DNA from: Thermoplasmata archaeon
GTDB taxonomy: Archaea > Thermoplasmatota > Thermoplasmata > UBA10834
Length of the DNA: 64,000 bases
Reading direction: 5' to 3'
Assembly: GCA_035529455.1 (NCBI GenBank)
Contig: DATKWQ010000052.1
Location: 5,966 to 69,965 of the forward strand
The notes beneath the pieces are model-generated. The model was not told where the DNA came from and did not search any database. It saw nothing but the letters and a program-made list of their open reading frames with translations. Below are positions 58,961 through 64,000 of the stretch, in pieces (the first letter of the stretch is position 1; the number at the start of each line of letters is the position of its first letter). The position numbers and the translations under genes are program-made.

Positions 58961-59791
58961 GTGATGTGTGTGAGCATAATCCAGTCAAAGCGTTACATCA
59001 AGAAGGTCGGGCTGATCGGCGATTCTGGCGTGGGGAAGACTTCGCTGATCCGGAGATACGTCGTCGACGTGTTCGATGACAAGTACATAGCCACGATAGG
59101 GACGAAGGTGAGCAAACGCGACATCGAGTACAAGCTCGAGGACAAGACCGTGTATCTCACGCTAATGCTATGGGATATACTCGGTCAGAAGGACTACAAG
59201 AAAATCAGGAACCAGAGCATGAGGAGCGCTCATGGCGTCATCATTGCGTCCGACCTAAGCAGACCCGAGACGGTGACTTCCGCAGCGAAGTTCTGGCTTA
59301 AAGAGGCTTGGGAGACCTTGGGAGAGGTGCCAGTCGTATTCGTAGGCAACAAGGTCGACGTAGCTGGAATCGATTGTGAGGCCGCGAAAGAGCTGGAGCG
59401 GATAGCAGAGGAGATTGGGATGCCATTGGTCTTCTGCAGCGCGAAGACGGGAGAGAACGTGGAAAACGCCTTCCGCCGGATCGGGGAGATGATGATATCA
59501 GGCGAGTTCTCCCGCAAGGCGGTTGTTGCCGAAGGAGAATGCGGCTCGCTGGCCCAGGCAGTCGACGAGATCGTTAACGACTTCTGCGAGCAGCATGGTG
59601 AGACCGCGAAGGCGATGGAGATCGTAGAGAAGGAATTCATGAAGGCGAGCATCGACATACATAAACCAACGAAGGATTCCATCCTGATGGCCATCGAGTA
59701 CCTGTCAGATGTCGAGCGGGACATACACGGCAGGGACGTCTCGGAAGTCAACAAACTGAGACGATGGAAGATGATAGACGAGGTGGAATAG
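58961..59791 (+). CDS. Ras-superfamily small GTPase (Rab/Ras-like G domain) with ~110-aa C-terminal helical extension
   Basis: All five G motifs are in canonical order and spacing: G1 GDSGVGKT, G2 YIATIGT, G3 WDILGQ, G4 GNKVD, G5 CSAK. Confidence 0.8.
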   Translation: MMCVSIIQSKRYIKKVGLIGDSGVGKTSLIRRYVVDVFDDKYIATIGTKVSKRDIEYKLEDKTVYLTLMLWDILGQKDYKKIRNQSMRSAHGVIIASDLSRPETVTSAAKFWLKEAWETLGEVPVVFVGNKVDVAGIDCEAAKELERIAEEIGMPLVFCSAKTGENVENAFRRIGEMMISGEFSRKAVVAEGECGSLAQAVDEIVNDFCEQHGETAKAMEIVEKEFMKASIDIHKPTKDSILMAIEYLSDVERDIHGRDVSEVNKLRRWKMIDEVE

Positions 59792-59838
59792 GCCGGCCTC
59801 GAACGCTCCAAGAGCGGTCGCAGAGTGTGATTTGCTTG

Positions 59839-60432
59839 ATGAAGAAGCAGTTGGAGATGACGCTCCAGCGGCTGAAGCCTGTCGATGACAGGAACCCCCG
59901 TCTGGAACAGTATCCGACACCCGCGGGCATAGCGGCGGACATTCTGTGGGAGGCACACGGGGCGGGAGACATCGAAGGGAAGGCCGTGGCGGACCTAGGA
60001 TGCGGCAACGGCGTGTTCTGCATCGGGGCGGCTTTGCTCGGGGCTACGCGAGCTGTGGGAGTCGATATCGACGAACGTGCTGTCAGTATAGCCTCTCAGA
60101 ACGCCAAGAACCTGTCCCTGGACATCGATTTCATCTCGATGGAGGTTTCTGCGTTTACTGGATCTTTTGACACGACGGTCCAGAACCCACCTTTTGGGGC
60201 ACAATTCAGGCACGCTGACAGGGCATTCGTGGAGAAGGCCATCGAGATATCCCCCGTGGCCTATTCCCTTCACAATGAGGTCACAATCGGCTTCATGACC
60301 AAGATGGCGAAATCCATGGGAGCCACATGCGTGCCGGTCAAAAGGTATAAATTCGAGATACCATATGCGTTCGAATTTCACAGAAAGGCCAAAGAAGTCG
60401 TTTCGGTCGTTCTGCTCAAGTTCCAAAAATAG
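59839..60432 (+). CDS. METTL5-like class-I SAM methyltransferase (NPPF motif, N6-adenine/amino-MTase type)
   Basis: Motif I VADLGCGNGVF and motif IV VQNPPFG. Start trimmed to MKKQLEMT. Confidence 0.75.
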   Translation: MKKQLEMTLQRLKPVDDRNPRLEQYPTPAGIAADILWEAHGAGDIEGKAVADLGCGNGVFCIGAALLGATRAVGVDIDERAVSIASQNAKNLSLDIDFISMEVSAFTGSFDTTVQNPPFGAQFRHADRAFVEKAIEISPVAYSLHNEVTIGFMTKMAKSMGATCVPVKRYKFEIPYAFEFHRKAKEVVSVVLLKFQK

Positions 60433-61008
60433 GTGATTAAGCTGGCTAAGACCGGGAAGCGAGTCCTGCCGGGAGACGAGGTTGCCCAGGCAGAAGAGTA
60501 CATGGCGGGAGAGGGCACCTACGAGGACAAAGACGGCAAGATATACTCGAGCGCCGTCGGCGAACTCGACGTTGACGAAAGGGAGAAGATCGTCAAGATA
60601 GCCCCTGACAACCCCCCAATCGTACTCATCGAAGGAGACACCGTGATAGCGAATGTCACTGACGTGAAGCCGGCGATGGTAATCTGCATGATCGTCTCCC
60701 AGGAAGGCAAGGTCCGGGAGGTCTCGAGCGAGAACCTCGCAGCAATCCATATCTCCAAGATATCCAGTTCTTATGTCGACGACGCTGCAGACCTCATGCG
60801 ACCTGGTGACATCATGAGGGCAAAGGTCATCCAGGCATTGCCGTCTGTCCAGCTCACGACATCAGGCCCACATCTTGGCGTGATCAGGGCGCTTTGCTCC
60901 TCCTGCCGCATGCCACTGGAGAAGAAGGGCGACGAGCTCTACTGTAAAAGGTGTGAGCGCACAGAGACCCGGAAGATATCGGACGATTACCGCGATTTCG
61001 AGATATGA
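60433..61008 (+). CDS. csl4: exosome complex RNA-binding subunit Csl4 (S1 domain + C-terminal Zn-ribbon)
   Basis: N-terminal beta-domain, an S1 fold and a C-terminal CSSC....CKRC zinc ribbon. Confidence 0.85.
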   Translation: MIKLAKTGKRVLPGDEVAQAEEYMAGEGTYEDKDGKIYSSAVGELDVDEREKIVKIAPDNPPIVLIEGDTVIANVTDVKPAMVICMIVSQEGKVREVSSENLAAIHISKISSSYVDDAADLMRPGDIMRAKVIQALPSVQLTTSGPHLGVIRALCSSCRMPLEKKGDELYCKRCERTETRKISDDYRDFEI

Positions 61009-61291
61009 GACAAAAACGCTAAATCAGCGAGCAGCAATAGGCTCGATTGGAAGGGGGGGGTTTCATTGAAAGGGAAGGATGAAGACATTCTACAGGAGAT
61101 AGACCGGCTCAGAGAGGATGTGAAACAGCTCCGAGAAGTCGTGAACATACTGGTCAATGTCGTCATGGAAGACGACCTCGACGAGGATGAAGAGGAATTC
61201 TCAACCTTCGCGACCAAGGAGAACCGGTTCAACCTGCTCAACTAAGGAACACGACTGTCCCGCTCGTTCGAGCTCAAGGGGTATGTGAGCA

Positions 61292-62506
61292 ATGGACAAA
61301 GGCTATTTCATCAAACAGATGAGGGCGCAGCAGAGATGGAGGCTGGAGGATTCCATCAATCTCCTACCATCCGAAAATGTCACGAGCCCACAGGTCAGGG
61401 CGCTTCTATCATCGGACTTCGGCCACAGATACACCCTTCCCGTGAACACGGAGTATGCGGGCGAGTTTCTGGAGAACGGCTACAGGGGGACGAGGATAAC
61501 CACAGACATCGAAATCGCAGCCGAGAAGGTTGCCTGCGAGGTGTTTGGAGCACGCCACGCCTGCGTGCAGCCCCTCTCAGGGCACATCGCCGCGATGATA
61601 ACCATCGTGGCGGTCACGAAGAGAGGTGACGGGATGTGCTCCATCCATGTGGAGAACGGAGGTTATGACGGCTACGGACAGCCGTACATCCCGGACATAC
61701 TGGGACTGAGAGCATCTCACCTTCCATTCGACGTTGACAAGCACAACATCGACACGATCAGAGCTGGAGAGCTCATACGGAAGAAGAAGCCGAAGCTCGT
61801 GATCCTGGGGGCATCGTTCATCCCGTTCCCCTACGACATGGGACCCATCCGGGACGCGTGTGGAGAGGCAGGCTCGGTCCTGTCTTACGACGGCTCCCAT
61901 GTGCTTGGACTCATAGCGGGAGGGATCTTCCAGCGCCCGTTGGACGAAGGCGCAGGTATCCTGTACGGCTCCACGCACAAATCGTTCTTTGGCCCACAGG
62001 GTGGGTTGATCGTCACCGATGACGACGATATGGACATGCAGATAAGGAAGAACCTGACATGGCGCATCGTTGATAACGTCCATTGGAACCGAGTGGGGGC
62101 GTTGGGCCAGGCTCTGGTGGAGTCGAAGGAATTCGGCGCACGGTACGCTAAGCAGGTCGTCAAGAATGCGAAGAAACTCGGGAAGGAGCTGACACAGAGA
62201 GGGTTTCCGCTCATGTTCGAAGAATTGGGATTCACAGAGTCCCATCAACTCCTAATAGACACCAAGGGGCTGAAGAAGGCTTACGGGATGACTGTCAACG
62301 ACTTCTCGATCAGGCTGGAGAAATCCAATCTCATCATAGACTCGGTCGCGAGGCTTGGTACCTCCGAGATCACAAGAATGGGAGTGAAGGAGAAGGACAT
62401 ACACGATCTCGCTGACATGTTCGTGCAGGCAGCCGAAGGAAGGAATGTCCGCAAGAGGGTGAAGAGCTTCCGGGAGAGGTTCGACATGGCGTACACCCTG
62501 CGATAG
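61292..62506 (+). CDS. glyA: serine hydroxymethyltransferase (archaeal GlyA)
   Basis: PLP-Lys block YGSTHKSFFGPQGG and the SHMT N-terminal region (NLLPSENVTSP). Confidence 0.9.
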   Translation: MDKGYFIKQMRAQQRWRLEDSINLLPSENVTSPQVRALLSSDFGHRYTLPVNTEYAGEFLENGYRGTRITTDIEIAAEKVACEVFGARHACVQPLSGHIAAMITIVAVTKRGDGMCSIHVENGGYDGYGQPYIPDILGLRASHLPFDVDKHNIDTIRAGELIRKKKPKLVILGASFIPFPYDMGPIRDACGEAGSVLSYDGSHVLGLIAGGIFQRPLDEGAGILYGSTHKSFFGPQGGLIVTDDDDMDMQIRKNLTWRIVDNVHWNRVGALGQALVESKEFGARYAKQVVKNAKKLGKELTQRGFPLMFEELGFTESHQLLIDTKGLKKAYGMTVNDFSIRLEKSNLIIDSVARLGTSEITRMGVKEKDIHDLADMFVQAAEGRNVRKRVKSFRERFDMAYTLR

Positions 62507-62556
62507 GCGTCACCCCGTGAAACGAATTAATACCAGTCGGCACGTATCACAGGTCG

Positions 62557-63306
62557 TTGAGCGGAGACAGGTACTCCAGACAGACACTCCTCAGAGAGAT
62601 AGGTCCCGAAGGCCAGAGTAAGATAGGTGACAGTTTTGCTGTCGTTGTCGGATGTGGCGCCTTAGGAACTCACGCCGCATCGTTACTGGTCAGGGCAGGG
62701 GTCGGCAGGACTGCCGTCGTGGACCCTGATATAATCGAGATTTCGAACCTGCAGCGGCAGACTCTCTTCTGCGAGGAGGATGTTGGGAAGCACAAGGCGG
62801 AAGTCGCGAAACGGCGACTTGCCGAGATAAACTCCGAAGTCGGCGTCGAGGGTTTGGTCGACCGTATCACCGTCGAGAACGCCGAGAGGACCCTCAAAGG
62901 AGCGACGGTCGTAGTCGACGCCACCGATAACATGGAAGCGCGCTTTGTTATGAACGACGCGTGCATCAAGCTAGGCATCCCATGGATATATGGAGGCGCT
63001 GTCGCCACAGCGGGAATGGTCTTCGCCACCACGCGCAACGGCCCATGCCTGAGATGTATCTTCCCCAAATTACCACTCAAAGGAGAGCTGCCGACCTGCG
63101 ATACCGTAGGGATTGTGAATTCGCTTCCGAGCATCGTCGCGTCAATGGAAGTGACCGAGGCGCTCAAGATCATCCTCGGAGAAGAACCCACACCGGAACT
63201 TATGGTCATAGAAGTATGGTCAGGAGACATCCAAAAGATCGAAGTGCGCAAGAATCCGGAATGCATGACATGCGGGCGACACGAGTACTACAACTACAGC
63301 GGGTGA
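62557..63306 (+). CDS. ThiF/MoeB/UbaA-family E1-like adenylyltransferase
   Basis: VVGCGALGT nucleotide loop, RQ..L motif and a C-terminal CxxC (CMTCG). Confidence 0.85.
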   Translation: MSGDRYSRQTLLREIGPEGQSKIGDSFAVVVGCGALGTHAASLLVRAGVGRTAVVDPDIIEISNLQRQTLFCEEDVGKHKAEVAKRRLAEINSEVGVEGLVDRITVENAERTLKGATVVVDATDNMEARFVMNDACIKLGIPWIYGGAVATAGMVFATTRNGPCLRCIFPKLPLKGELPTCDTVGIVNSLPSIVASMEVTEALKIILGEEPTPELMVIEVWSGDIQKIEVRKNPECMTCGRHEYYNYSG

Positions 63307-63313
63307 GTAGGCT

Positions 63314-63940
63314 ATGAAGGCGGTTCTGCTCCTGTCAGATGGCATAGATTCTCCCGTCGCAGGCTACATCATGGGAAGACAGGGCGTCGAGCTTGTGGCG
63401 CTGCATTTTGTTACCCATGGTAACGAACAGGAGCAGCAAATCGACAAGACCTTGAAGATAATGCGACGGCTCGAGGAGACCATGGATACCAGCATGTCGA
63501 AGATCGTGGTTCCCCACGTCGACACCTTGGTCACTCTGAGCCAAGAGTGCAAGCGCAATCTCACATGCATCCTCTGCCGACGGATGATGCTCAGGATAGC
63601 GGACAAGATTGGTGGGGAGACGGACGCGGCGTTCATAATCACGGGAGAGTCACTTGGCCAGGTGGCGTCCCAGACCCTGGCGAACCTGTTTGTGGAGGAG
63701 CAGGCATCAGCGCTTCCGATACTAAGACCTCTTGTCGGCCTTGACAAGGTGGAGATAACGAGGATTGCGAGGGAGATTGGAACATACGACATATCCGTGT
63801 CGTCGAACCTGTGCTGCGACTTTGCGCCTCAGCGACCATCAACTAACAGCTCGCTCGACGAAGTGCTTGAGACGGAGTTGAACATCGATGTTGACTCCAT
63901 CGTCCTTGAGGCGACGAGACGCGTGAGGATGATCGATTGA
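63314..63940 (+). CDS. ThiI-like PP-loop ATP pyrophosphatase (AANH domain only; no THUMP or rhodanese domain)
   Basis: PP-loop SDGIDSPVA (SGGxDS) at the N-terminus and a ThiI-like C-terminus with conserved Cys residues (LCCDF). Confidence 0.75.
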   Translation: MKAVLLLSDGIDSPVAGYIMGRQGVELVALHFVTHGNEQEQQIDKTLKIMRRLEETMDTSMSKIVVPHVDTLVTLSQECKRNLTCILCRRMMLRIADKIGGETDAAFIITGESLGQVASQTLANLFVEEQASALPILRPLVGLDKVEITRIAREIGTYDISVSSNLCCDFAPQRPSTNSSLDEVLETELNIDVDSIVLEATRRVRMID

Positions 63941-64000
63941 CTCAAGAAGGCGTGAAGGGATTCATTCTGGATTCTTCAGCGCTTTACTATGGCAAAGACC

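Noticed and set aside
1-64000. CRISPR arrays, transposases, integrases, prophage or toxin-antitoxin modules
   Set aside because: No short regularly spaced direct repeats, no DDE/serine/tyrosine recombinase motifs and no paired small ORFs typical of TA systems were seen. The only tandem repeats are the intragenic PKD-domain repeats.

Overview
This window is coding-dense, high-GC (~58-60%) archaeal chromosome, almost certainly euryarchaeal. The evidence is the archaeal ribosomal cluster L7Ae-S28e-L24e-Ndk-aIF5B, the S6e-aIF2gamma-PIN-RibK operon, aIF5A next to agmatinase, Nop5, CarS, Csl4, an Sm-like protein, SMC-ScpA-ScpB, XPD and a tRNA-Val. I found about 60 protein genes, most of them housekeeping (translation, purine purS/L/Q, PEP synthase, SHMT, ThiF/ThiI-like). 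The accessory content is as follows. (1) A ~7.7 kb cell-surface glycan island at 33139-40827 containing GT2, GT2, a nucleotide-sugar 6-dehydrogenase, GalU, an LbH N-acetyltransferase, a DegT aminotransferase, a Gfo/Idh/MocA oxidoreductase and GT4. Together these look like WbpA/B/E/D-type machinery for UDP-2,3-diacetamido-2,3-dideoxy-hexuronate. (2) A RamA-like [2Fe-2S]-ferredoxin/ASKHA (DUF4445) corrinoid-activase homolog next to a saccharopine-dehydrogenase-family gene and an MFS transporter. (3) A secreted clostripain-like (C11) protease and a surface protein with three PKD repeats, both C-terminally membrane anchored. (4) An orphan GAF-PAS histidine kinase. (5) The most unusual item: a eukaryote-like Ras/Rab-type small GTPase with a ~110-aa helical tail, divergently paired with a long coiled-coil protein. 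I saw no CRISPR arrays, transposases, integrases or rRNA genes. Gene starts are uncertain in this GC-rich DNA: many of the track's ORFs carry spurious N-terminal extensions, and I trimmed those by homology-type reasoning. I could not run any similarity searches, so every functional call is from motif recognition.
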